Assembly (NCBI GenBank): GCA_047651235.1
Contig: CP178758.1
Coordinates: forward strand, 3,330,001-3,362,000
Direction: 5' to 3'
Origin: Candidatus Electrothrix yaqonensis
GTDB lineage: Bacteria > Desulfobacterota > Desulfobulbia > Desulfobulbales > Desulfobulbaceae
Length of the DNA stretch: 32,000 nucleotides
The notes below the pieces were generated by a model. The model saw only the letters and a program-made list of their open reading frames with translations, ran no database searches and was not told where the DNA came from. Both the position numbers and the translations under genes were made by a program. Shown one piece after another: positions 17,070-25,405 of the stretch (positions within the stretch are counted from its first letter, which is position 1; each line of letters starts with the position of its first letter).

Positions 17070-19002
17070 ACAGGCTGAACTGGAAGAACAGATCAAAAAG
17101 GCATCCGCCTTTCTCCGGCGGGCTTCCTGGCACCCCAGAGTAAAAAAGGAACGCCTCCGGGAATCAGCCAATGCCCATGAGATCATCAGGAGTATCACCA
17201 ATGCCTCGGCCCAGGAAACGTCCAGCATTGCGGACAAGGCGAAACAACTCAGTGATGACCCGCTGCTGATTTATCATCCGGATGTCGCTTTTTCTATGAA
17301 TGCGGTGCGCAAAGGGATCGCGCTGGGCATGCATACGGCCAACCTGTATTCCAAGGCCTCCAATTTTTATACCCTCAAGGCCCAGCAGGCTGACGGCGCC
17401 CTGAAAAATAATCCCGAAGCCCAGACCGAATTCCGACAGAAGAATATCACCACCTCGGCGGTGCTGCTCTTTGTCACGGCCAATTATATCGTCTCCGCTT
17501 TGAGTGACTACAAAAGCGAAGCTCTGGATTCGATACAGGTCAGTTTTCCCGGTCTGCCCGAAGAACTGCATCTGGCCAATTATATCCATGCCCTCAACTA
17601 TCTGCTGTACTATCACGGCTTTTTTCTCAATGCGGACAACATCCGGACCCCGCTGGATGTTGTCAAACTGACCCAGCTTTATTACCAGGAAGTGCTCAAT
17701 GAGATAGAGTTTATCCGGGATTCCCTCAAGTATACGGAACCCTTTGAGAGCAAGGGCTACAAGCTGGAAGGCGAGGACTTTGTCATTGAAGGATTCACCG
17801 CCCATACCGTGCAGGTGAGTGGCAGCGTGGATTTCAACCGCCTGGAATGGGGAGAGATTGTCGGTAATACCATGTACAAGCACAGCTCAAAACGGACCAT
17901 CCAGTTCCTGATGTGCTATGACGTGGAGCGGAAAAAGAATCCCATCAATGAGCTGGGCGGCTTCCCTGCTGTGACCATGGAGTACGGTCCTGCCGGAACC
18001 GGCAAAAGCATGGGCATCTCCGCGACCGCAACCGAACTTCACGACCGCTGTACGGATCTGGGCATCAAGTTTTTGTATCATCCCATCCCCCAATCGGTTG
18101 TCTCCACCTATCAGGGCGGCAGCAGCGAGAACATGGAAAAATGGTTCCGCTCCGCCACCTCACCGGACATGATTATTTATGCCCCCATTGATGACGGCGA
18201 CGGCAAACTCCGCGACCGGGGCGCACGGGGTACGTCCGCCGGGGTGATTGAGGTGGTGGAGAGCTTTCTGGTCAACACCGAGGGCGCTTCGGCAGCCAAG
18301 CAGGGCAACCGGCTGATCCAGATCTACACCAATCTGCCGGAAACTCTGGATAAAGCCGTGCTGTCCCGCGTGCAGAAACGCTCCCTGCTTGCCGGAGCCA
18401 CCACTGTCGAGGATTTTCTGGATCAGGATTATATCTGGTGGCAGACCTATGAGACTATGGTGCCCGGTTTTGTGGATATGCAGCATCCGGAAGAGTACGA
18501 GTTCATGTCCGCTCAGGAAATTGCCGACCGGATCAGCGAAAAATATGATGAACAGGGCGAAGCTCAGGTCTACAAAATCAAGACGATTATCGAAAAAACC
18601 ATGCAGGAGCACAGTATTGAAGAGCATCTGTTCTTTGCCCGGCTCTTTCATACTATCAAAGCCGAGTTTCCCGGCTTCACTTCACGGGATGTGCGGAACA
18701 TCCAGACTGCCGTCAATACTCGGCTGACGGATTTTGATTTTCCTGCTGAATGGATGAATGATCATGCCTGCTTTTTCGCCGGATCTTATGATGAAAAACT
18801 GAGCATGCTCAAGGAGCTGATGAAGGCGAATATGCAGGGCCTGTCGTTCGCCAGTATCCGCTTTCAGGAGGTGGTCCGGTATCTGGACAATATGGCCATG
18901 ATCGTGGACAAGGATTTTGAAAACAAGGTGGCCCAGCGTATGGAGGAATATCGGGTGGAACAGGAGGCCCGGCGGCGCCTAGCGGAAATAACAGCAGCCT
19001 GA
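17035..19002 (+). CDS. AAA+ ATPase (classical AAA, SpoVK/CbbX/EccA-like) with large helical N-domain and C-terminal extension
   Basis: 655 aa. Walker A: EYGPAGTGKSMG. Walker B region: MIIYAPIDDGDGKL (Asp-Asp instead of Asp-Glu). Sensor-1: IYTNLPETLD. LSRVQKR resembles the SRF-type arginine motif. About 310 aa of helical sequence precede the ATPase and about 200 aa follow it. Confidence 0.85.
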   Translation: MDSDSGGFLPIKQAELEEQIKKASAFLRRASWHPRVKKERLRESANAHEIIRSITNASAQETSSIADKAKQLSDDPLLIYHPDVAFSMNAVRKGIALGMHTANLYSKASNFYTLKAQQADGALKNNPEAQTEFRQKNITTSAVLLFVTANYIVSALSDYKSEALDSIQVSFPGLPEELHLANYIHALNYLLYYHGFFLNADNIRTPLDVVKLTQLYYQEVLNEIEFIRDSLKYTEPFESKGYKLEGEDFVIEGFTAHTVQVSGSVDFNRLEWGEIVGNTMYKHSSKRTIQFLMCYDVERKKNPINELGGFPAVTMEYGPAGTGKSMGISATATELHDRCTDLGIKFLYHPIPQSVVSTYQGGSSENMEKWFRSATSPDMIIYAPIDDGDGKLRDRGARGTSAGVIEVVESFLVNTEGASAAKQGNRLIQIYTNLPETLDKAVLSRVQKRSLLAGATTVEDFLDQDYIWWQTYETMVPGFVDMQHPEEYEFMSAQEIADRISEKYDEQGEAQVYKIKTIIEKTMQEHSIEEHLFFARLFHTIKAEFPGFTSRDVRNIQTAVNTRLTDFDFPAEWMNDHACFFAGSYDEKLSMLKELMKANMQGLSFASIRFQEVVRYLDNMAMIVDKDFENKVAQRMEEYRVEQEARRRLAEITAA

Positions 19003-19089
19003 GATGAAATTGCTCAAGGAAAAAAACTTGCGTTATTAAGGAACAACTCTAATTATCACACGGAACGCGACAAGTTGTAGGAATATCTT

Positions 19090-20154
19090 ATGAAAAAAAA
19101 GAATAAGCACCTCTGTGACTATCTTTATACGGACACCAGAAAGATTCTCTCCGTGTACAGCCAGCTGACCGGGGCGGTTGTTGCCGCCGGAGAATCCGTG
19201 TATACGACGGCCAGTCAGGCGGAGAATAAAAAGAAATACGATTTCAAGATATTCAAGAACGTAAAGAACGATGCTGACGGCAGCACCCAGGATAAGCAGG
19301 GCCTGCAGGAGCAGGTCAGGTCGCACCATACCCTGTTCCGGGAGCTTGAAGAGGAACTGGTGCATCAGGGATATCTGCTCGATTTATCTGGTAAAGAAAT
19401 GGCCAAAAAGATTCAGGACAAGGAATTCAGAAAGACGTTAAAGGATACGTTCTGTGTCAGAGTGACAGGAAGATGCGTCATCGAGCATTACGAGAGGATG
19501 AAAAAAATCTCCGAGTCGTTTCCGAATATCGCCGCGCTCATTAACCAGAGCAATAAAGCAGCGGTGAAAAACACGGAAGCGTATAAAAAACTCGTCGAAC
19601 AAATTAAAACCAAAGAGGCTGAAGTCGCAAGAATCAAAGACAGAAATGCCAGAAATATACAGCAGGCTCCATTAAAAGAACAAAAAAAACGGCTGACAGC
19701 GCTGCTGGAAGAGCAGACCACGGCCGGCATGGTTGAGCAGTGGGTTCTTGACGGCCTGAAAACCTGGATCGATACCTTCATACCGGGAATCATTAATCTG
19801 CGGGTCTATCCGGCGCAGGAGCACATGGATGTACAGGTGTTCGGACATCTGAAGCAGGATAATTTCTTTGACATGGATATCAGCGGATTCCACTTTACCT
19901 ACGGCTCAATCCCGACCGAAGAGATGACGATGATCGGTATTGTTACTTCCGTACCCAACCCGGAGGATGCTGAGTTCAATCCCCATCAGGAATTCCAGGC
20001 CGGTGAGCTGTCGAGCAGGGAAGCTGTGGAGCGCGGCTTCCGTGGTGTCTTCCGGGGATTTGATACCTTTGAACAGATGGTACGCACCTGCAGATATCCG
20101 AGGGTGCTGGTGTATCCCCTGCTGGTGTACCGGCAGATGGGGGCGAAGAAATAA
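19090..20154 (+). CDS. Hypothetical 354-aa protein (no family recognised), downstream partner of the AAA+ ATPase
   Basis: Long ORF with uniform coding character. N-terminus: CDYLYTDTRKILSVYSQLTG. Central Lys/Glu-rich helical segment. C-terminus: ...CRYPRVLVYPLLVYRQMGAKK. A diverged copy of the C-terminus survives at 22353-22439. Confidence 0.7.
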   Translation: MKKKNKHLCDYLYTDTRKILSVYSQLTGAVVAAGESVYTTASQAENKKKYDFKIFKNVKNDADGSTQDKQGLQEQVRSHHTLFRELEEELVHQGYLLDLSGKEMAKKIQDKEFRKTLKDTFCVRVTGRCVIEHYERMKKISESFPNIAALINQSNKAAVKNTEAYKKLVEQIKTKEAEVARIKDRNARNIQQAPLKEQKKRLTALLEEQTTAGMVEQWVLDGLKTWIDTFIPGIINLRVYPAQEHMDVQVFGHLKQDNFFDMDISGFHFTYGSIPTEEMTMIGIVTSVPNPEDAEFNPHQEFQAGELSSREAVERGFRGVFRGFDTFEQMVRTCRYPRVLVYPLLVYRQMGAKK

Positions 20155-20169
20155 TTTTTCTGATCAAAC

Positions 20170-20212
20170 GCGGATCTTCAGCCCGAAGGATCACCTTGGA
20201 CTGAAGATCCGC
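20170..20212. terminator. Hairpin between convergent genes (probable bidirectional terminator)
   Basis: 12-bp perfect stem GCGGATCTTCAG (20170-20181) / CTGAAGATCCGC (20201-20212) with a 19-nt loop. It lies between the stops at 20154 (+) and 20224 (-). Confidence 0.55.
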
Positions 20213-20223
20213 CTCCCTTCTAT

Positions 20224-22167
20224 CTATCCTTCTGTCTTTACGCCCTCTACCTCTCCTACCTCCTCTTCCTGCACCAATCTGCCCTTACACGCCTCCAGAA
20301 TACTTGCCAGCATTTGACTGTAGGACATGTCCTGCAGCGCAGCCATCTTGGCCAGGTGGCCGTCCCAGCACCAGCCCGGATTGGGATTGACTTCCAGCAG
20401 TCGAGGCGTACCGTTGTCGTCCACGCGCCAATCAAAGCGGGCATAATCACGGCACTCCAGGCGTTCAAAGAGCTTGACGCAGCTTGCACCCAGGAAGCGC
20501 TCCACATCTTCGGACAATTCTGCCGGAATGGATGTGATTTTCCAGTACGGTGAATCCGGATTCCATTTGGCCTCGTAGCCGCAGATTCTGGGCAGGTCTT
20601 CAGGCAGGGCTGAATAGTCTTCCTCAATCACGGGCAGTATCATATATGAGCTGCCCGGATTACCGACAATCCCCACGCTGATATCCTTGCCGGTGAGGAA
20701 CTCTTCAACCAGGATGGGATTGTTATACCCGAATTTATCCCGGATCCCGGTCACGGCACTTTCCAGAGTTTCCAGATCATAGCAGACATTGCTCTGGGTA
20801 ATACCGAAGCTGGAGTCCCCGAAATTCGGCTTGACAATCACCGGAAAGGTGAGCGGAAATTCAACAAACTGGATATCCTCCGGTTTGATCATAAACGCAC
20901 CCGGAACCGGGATATCCATTTCCGTGGCAATCCCCCGGATCAGCGACTTGTCGTAGCAGTAGGCCAGGCATTGCGGAGTACCGCCGGAATAATGCATACC
21001 CAGCAGTTCCAGCAGAGCAGCCACATGCAGTTCCTTGGTCGCCTCATTCTGAAAGCCTTCATCACAGAGATTGAACACATAAGTGCATTTCCCCTGGAGC
21101 TTGATCAGATCCTGAAGCAGAGTATCGTGGTTGTACAGATAGGTGAAATTGCAGTTCGGGATCTCTGCCAGGGCCTTTTTCAGCTCATTGATGGTATGGA
21201 AATCGTCGTCATCAAAATTAGCTCCCGGCTTGACCACATCTGTTTTGCCTGGATCGCCCAGCAGAACAACGACTGAGTCGGCTACATCGGGACTTTCACG
21301 GACTGCGGACCATTCTTTGTGGGCTACCCCGGTTATTACCACCCGCCGGGCCATCATACCTAAGTCCTGGTTCCGTTTTGATTCTGCTGCAACCTCTGTG
21401 CAGCTCCGGCAATCCCTGAAACCTGCCTTGGACAGCAACGTGTCAAGCTCCTCTATAGAATAAAGGCGTTCTGCATAGAACTGATCCGCAATCACGCCTT
21501 TGGTCACATGGGTGATCACTTCTCTGGAAACCAGCCGTTCCCGATTTTCTGAGAGCGAACGCTCCCGGCAGACAAAATAATTCTTATCTATCCACTCCCA
21601 GCTGCGGGCATCAAAATGCTCGCGCATATATTCACCGTCCGTGATATCAATGAGCAGTCTGCCGTCGGGCCGCAGAATGCGCATAACCTCTTTCAGAATT
21701 CTGGCATCATCCTTACTGGAGTCAAAATAGCCGAAGCTGTTGCCTGCAATGATCACCGCATGGAATTCATCGGTTGGAAAAGGCAGTTTCCGGGCATCAC
21801 CTTCTTTAAAAAGGACATTCATCCCTTCAGTCCTGCTGACTTTTCTGGCCCGGTTGATCAGGTAATGGGAACGGTCCAGGCCGACAACATTGCTGTACCC
21901 CCTGCGGGCTATCTCCAGGGTATGCCGTCCCTGACCGCAGCAGAGATCCAGGATTTTACTCTCCTTGGGCAGATCAAGGGTATTGAGAAAAATATCCACC
22001 TCTTTTTTAGTGATTTCCTTATCTTCAACCACATCACCGTCGGTACGCAGATAATTGGCATTAAAGAGATGCCGCCACCAGTCAGCCTTGACGTAGCTTT
22101 CCAGGTTATCAACCGGCCCCAGCACCTCAACGATCTTTTTAGTTCTGCTTTTTTTCGGCTTTGCCAT
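20224..22167 (-). CDS. Fusion protein: class I SAM-dependent methyltransferase (N) + D-Ala-D-Ala-ligase-like ATP-grasp ligase (C)
   Basis: ORF 20224..22197. Start at ATG 22167 (MAKPKKSRTKK...) with GAGGGA RBS. MTase motif I: ILDLCCGQGRH. Post-I: VVGLD. ATP-grasp signatures: FPVIVKPNFGDSSFGI, ILVEEFLTGKDISVGIVG, ARFDWRVDDNGTPRLLEVNPNPG. Confidence 0.85.
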   Translation of the reverse strand: MAKPKKSRTKKIVEVLGPVDNLESYVKADWWRHLFNANYLRTDGDVVEDKEITKKEVDIFLNTLDLPKESKILDLCCGQGRHTLEIARRGYSNVVGLDRSHYLINRARKVSRTEGMNVLFKEGDARKLPFPTDEFHAVIIAGNSFGYFDSSKDDARILKEVMRILRPDGRLLIDITDGEYMREHFDARSWEWIDKNYFVCRERSLSENRERLVSREVITHVTKGVIADQFYAERLYSIEELDTLLSKAGFRDCRSCTEVAAESKRNQDLGMMARRVVITGVAHKEWSAVRESPDVADSVVVLLGDPGKTDVVKPGANFDDDDFHTINELKKALAEIPNCNFTYLYNHDTLLQDLIKLQGKCTYVFNLCDEGFQNEATKELHVAALLELLGMHYSGGTPQCLAYCYDKSLIRGIATEMDIPVPGAFMIKPEDIQFVEFPLTFPVIVKPNFGDSSFGITQSNVCYDLETLESAVTGIRDKFGYNNPILVEEFLTGKDISVGIVGNPGSSYMILPVIEEDYSALPEDLPRICGYEAKWNPDSPYWKITSIPAELSEDVERFLGASCVKLFERLECRDYARFDWRVDDNGTPRLLEVNPNPGWCWDGHLAKMAALQDMSYSQMLASILEACKGRLVQEEEVGEVEGVKTEG

Positions 22168-22201
22168 GTTTTTTGTCCCTCTGCGCCTGTTGCGCAAAAA
22201 A

Positions 22202-22229
22202 ATGCTGCCTGTTCAGCAGCATGAACAGG
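22202..22229 (-). promoter_or_regulatory. Two mutually exclusive hairpins plus U-tract in the leader of the methyltransferase/ATP-grasp gene
   Basis: The minus strand reads CCTGTTCA TGCTGC TGAACAGG CAGCAT TTTTTT. One structure is the terminator-like stem ATGCTGC/GCAGCAT (22222-22202), followed by the complement of the A-run 22196-22201. The other is the competing 8-bp stem CCTGTTCA/TGAACAGG (22229-22208). The ATG is about 30 nt downstream. Confidence 0.4.
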
Positions 22230-22304
22230 CCCGATATACGGGCGTGCTCCAACGCGCGTGCGCCGGATACGAACACCTGCTCTGATGTTTCCCTTTACAC
22301 GACA
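22227..22304 (+). repeat. 78-bp direct repeat, copy A
   Basis: AGGCCCGATATACGGGCGTGCTCCAACGCGCGTGCGCCGGATACGAACACCTGCTCTGATGTTTCCCTTTACACGACA has one mismatch to 23400-23477. Weaker similarity continues about 24 nt further. The internal hairpin GGCGTGC-N10-GTGCGCC has two G.U pairs that only work on the plus strand. Confidence 0.8.
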
Positions 22305-22352
22305 GCACGGCTTTCAGCCAGTAAAATGACAATGGAAACAGAACCGGACTGT

Positions 22353-22439
22353 ATTTTTCAAGGACAGAATAGTGGGTACCTGCAGACCTACAGATACCCG
22401 AAGGCGCTGGTGTCTCCACTGCTGATGTATCACCTGATG
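22353..22439 (+). pseudogene. C-terminal remnant of a paralogue of the 354-aa gene
   Basis: IFQGQNSGYLQTYRYPKALVSPLLMYHLM compares with VFRGFDTFEQMVRTCRYPRVLVYPLLVYRQM at 20050-20142. Nucleotide similarity is roughly 80 percent over the last ~50 nt by eye. There is no upstream coding continuation. Confidence 0.5.
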
Positions 22440-22558
22440 TGTCAGGTCGTCTTTCCTGTTTTTCCTTGACTTTTCTGTTTCAGGGTGTTCTGTTCCGGGC
22501 ATCCGATAAAAACGGGTTGAGCGGAATTTATATCAAAACAACTGAAAGGAATTTGGCG

Positions 22559-23335
22559 ATGCGACATAGAATACGCTTTCCAAAAAGAGATACAGAAACT
22601 CTTGGACAGGATGAAATATTTTTTTATTTGATGAATCCATCCGGCAGCGAAAAAATTCGTTTCCATGATTATGACCTTATTTACAGCAGACCGAATTTAT
22701 ATGAACAGCTGTTTTATGAACGGCTTCAGTGTCAGTCGCCGATAAAGGTAACGGAAATTCTGGAACATGCTCTTAATCAGTCAGAGCATAATCTCAGCGA
22801 ACTGAGAGTGCTGGATTTCGGCGCCGGAAACGGTATGATGGGAGAGACGTTAAAAAATCAGGGCGTTGCGAGGCTGATCGGTGTGGACATCATCCCGGAA
22901 GCCAGGGAAGCAACGGAAAGAGACAGGCCGGGGATATACGATGCATACTATGTTGCTGATTTCTGCAATCCTGATGAAGAACTTCATGAGGAAATAGCCT
23001 CATGGATGCCGGACTGCCTGACAACAGTGGCTGCCCTCGGATTCGGAGATATTCCGCCTCAGGCCTTTTTCAGAGCGTTTAATCTTATCCGGAGCAAAGG
23101 CTGGGTGGCGTTCAATATCAAAGAGACGTTTTTAAGTCACTCTGATACTTCGGGGTTTTCCCGCATGATCCGCGAGCTGATGTTTTCGGAATATTTTCAT
23201 GTCTACCATATGGAGCGGTACCGCCACAGGATGTCGATGGACGGCAAGCCCTTGTACTATTTCGGAGTTGCAGGAAGAAAGAACGCTCACATCCCCGATA
23301 CGTTCTTATCGGAATATAATCTCCACGGCTGTTGA
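22559..23335 (+). CDS. Class I SAM-dependent methyltransferase
   Basis: ORF 22439..23335. Start at ATG 22559 (MRHRIRFPKRDTE...) with AAAGGA RBS. Motif I: VLDFGAGNGMMG. Post-I: LIGVDI. N-terminal segment: IRFHDYDLIYSRPNLYEQLFYERLQCQSP. Confidence 0.8.
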   Translation: MRHRIRFPKRDTETLGQDEIFFYLMNPSGSEKIRFHDYDLIYSRPNLYEQLFYERLQCQSPIKVTEILEHALNQSEHNLSELRVLDFGAGNGMMGETLKNQGVARLIGVDIIPEAREATERDRPGIYDAYYVADFCNPDEELHEEIASWMPDCLTTVAALGFGDIPPQAFFRAFNLIRSKGWVAFNIKETFLSHSDTSGFSRMIRELMFSEYFHVYHMERYRHRMSMDGKPLYYFGVAGRKNAHIPDTFLSEYNLHGC

Positions 23336-23399
23336 ATCTGTTGTTTCCTGCGTGATGATTGTTCCGGGAAAATCCTGTAATATTGTCCTTGAAGCAGCT

Positions 23400-23477
23400 A
23401 GGCCCGACATACGGGCGTGCTCCAACGCGCGTGCGCCGGATACGAACACCTGCTCTGATGTTTCCCTTTACACGACA
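23400..23477 (+). repeat. 78-bp direct repeat, copy B
   Basis: Same sequence as 22227-22304 except T/C at the ninth base. It lies 65 nt after the methyltransferase stop. Confidence 0.8.
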
Positions 23478-23730
23478 ACTGCGCTGTCTACCAGCAAAAT
23501 CCATCGCTCAAAGACACAGGCCGATCTTTTTTTGTCCTGCAGATCTGCCGCGTTCTGCAACTGCAGGACAGAACAATGAACCGGCGGCCCGCAGTTCGTT
23601 CAGAACCCGAATATTCCTTGATGTTACCCGGTGACGGTGTAAATATACATCTGTGCCGAATACAGTAAAGCGGTACCTCAGGGGGAGGGCGGGGTGACGC
23701 CCGGTCGGGAGGGTGAAGCGGAGGGGATTG

Positions 23731-24310
23731 ATGGAACTGGAACTGCTCGGACAGATCTGGCAATGGATTGCGGAGGCTGAAGCATGGGAATGGGTGTTCA
23801 GCGGGGTCGGGCTGCCGATAGCCGGATGGCTTATCCTGCGTTACCGAAGAAAGCCCCCTGCTCCGCAGGACACCGCCCCGCCGGTCAGTAACACCTTTAC
23901 CAGCAGCGGCAGTGGTGATCAGAACATTGCACAGGGCGATCATCCCATCGGCAAGCAGGTTAACCTCAATGCGGAAGAGATCACCTCACCGCAGCAGGAG
24001 GCAACGGGCCACCACAACGTCTTCAGCCAGACCGGCGATGTCCGTTATGAGGAACATCACCACCACTACGCCCGCACCGAACAGGGTATCCCTTTGCAGC
24101 GGCCCAGGCAGGCCGAGCATCTTGTGGGCAGGGAGAAACTGCTCAAGGAAGTACTGGCCGCGCTCCGGCCCGGCAGGGCGGTAACGCTCTGCGGACCCGG
24201 CGGCATCGACAAGACCGCGCTGGCCTCCAGGGTTGCCTGGGAGCTGAGTCCTGACGGCCAGCCCCCTGCCCTGTTCCCGGACGGCCTGATCTTCTACTTG
24301 TCGCGTCCCG
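23731..24310 (+). pseudogene. N-terminal stump of a membrane-anchored STAND (NB-ARC-type) NTPase, truncated by IS insertion
   Basis: MELELLGQIWQW...GVGLPIAGWLILRY is a TM helix. It is followed by a low-complexity linker, then LVGREKLLKEVLAAL..GRAVTLCGPGGIDKTALASRVA (Walker A). The reading frame runs into the IS end (TGTGA at 24311) and stops there. Confidence 0.65.
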
Positions 24311-25405
24311 TGTGATAATATACCTGCGAGAAGTTGGCCCTTGTTTCTTGCCCGTGAACGTATAACCGTTCTTTTATCAGAACATAAACTGCCCGGTTTA
24401 TCATCATGAATATCGCACTGCACAAAAGAGCGCGTACAACCCCGGCTGTCCGCCGGGAAATTCAGCGCTCAGAACTTTCCGAACGTAAGTTGTCGGAAAA
24501 ATACGGCATCAGCAGAAGTACGGTCCGGAAATGGAAATACCGTGATACCGCCGACGATTTTTCGCACAGGCCGCATAATCTGCACGCGACGCTCACGGAT
24601 CCGGAAGAAGCCGTGGTTGTTGAGCTGCGCAGAACGCTCCTTCTTCCGATTGACGATCTCCTTGTTGTTGTGCGTGAATTCATCTGTCCGCATATGTCGC
24701 GCTCCGCCCTTGACCGCTGCCTGCGGCGGCACGGAGTCTCAAATCTGAAAGAGCTGATCCCGGCGGAGGAAAACGAAGAGAACCGTCCGAAAACATTTAA
24801 AGATTACGAACCTGGTTTTGTGCATGCCGATATAAAATATCTCCCGCGGATGCCGGACGAAACGGAGCGGAAATATCTTTTTGTCGGCATCGACAGGGCC
24901 ACCCGGTGGGTGTACATGGAGATCCGGGCTTCGAAAACTGCGGAATCCGCCCGCTCTTTTCTGAATAATCTCATTGGGAAGGCCCCGTTCATGATCTCAA
25001 AAATTCTCACCGACAACGGGAAGGAGTTCACCGACCGTTTCTGCCCGTCCGGAGAGCGTGAACCGACCGGAAATCACGTATTTGATCGGAAATGCGGGGA
25101 GAACGGCATTGAGCACCGTCTGATAAAACCGCGCAGACCGCAGACAAACGGCATGGTCGAGCGCTTCAACGGCAGAAGTAAAGAAGTTGTTCAGCAGACA
25201 AAGTTTGAATCGTCCCGTCAGCTTAAGGAAATACTGCTGCAGTATCTCCGTATTTACAATCACCATATTCCGCAGAAAAATCCCGGTCATATCACGCCGG
25301 TTGAGGCTCTGAAAAATTGGCGGAAAACGCATCCCGATTTATTTAAAAAACAGGTATACAATCAGTCGGGGCTTGACACGTATGTAGTAAAGTGACTTGT
25401 TCACA
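24311..25405 (+). mobile_element. IS481-family insertion sequence (apparently intact)
   Basis: Ends are TGTGA... (24311) and ...TCACA (25405), enclosing a complete transposase gene. The boundaries are approximate and I could not identify a target duplication. Confidence 0.7.
24406..25395 (+). CDS. IS481-family transposase (HTH + rve integrase core)
   Basis: 329 aa. N-terminal HTH: LSEKYGISRSTVRKWKYR. DDE core: FVHADIKYL...LFVGIDRATRW...ILTDNGKEF...RPQTNGMVERFN. Confidence 0.9.
   Translation: MNIALHKRARTTPAVRREIQRSELSERKLSEKYGISRSTVRKWKYRDTADDFSHRPHNLHATLTDPEEAVVVELRRTLLLPIDDLLVVVREFICPHMSRSALDRCLRRHGVSNLKELIPAEENEENRPKTFKDYEPGFVHADIKYLPRMPDETERKYLFVGIDRATRWVYMEIRASKTAESARSFLNNLIGKAPFMISKILTDNGKEFTDRFCPSGEREPTGNHVFDRKCGENGIEHRLIKPRRPQTNGMVERFNGRSKEVVQQTKFESSRQLKEILLQYLRIYNHHIPQKNPGHITPVEALKNWRKTHPDLFKKQVYNQSGLDTYVVK

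Noticed and set aside
11601-22229. Recurrence of CCTGAACAG / CTGTTCAGG arms in hairpins at 11613-11634, 12201-12257 and 22208-22229. They share TGAACA/TGTTCA half-sites with the TetR operators.
   Set aside because: The spacing and order of the half-sites differ from the 13-nt operator. With only three loci I cannot distinguish a REP-like family from chance reuse of an easily palindromic motif.
22227-23477. Integron attC sites or gene-cassette array as an explanation for the 78-bp direct repeats
   Set aside because: The repeat lacks end-to-end imperfect dyad symmetry and the RYYYAAC/GTTRRRY boundary motifs. No integrase gene is nearby.
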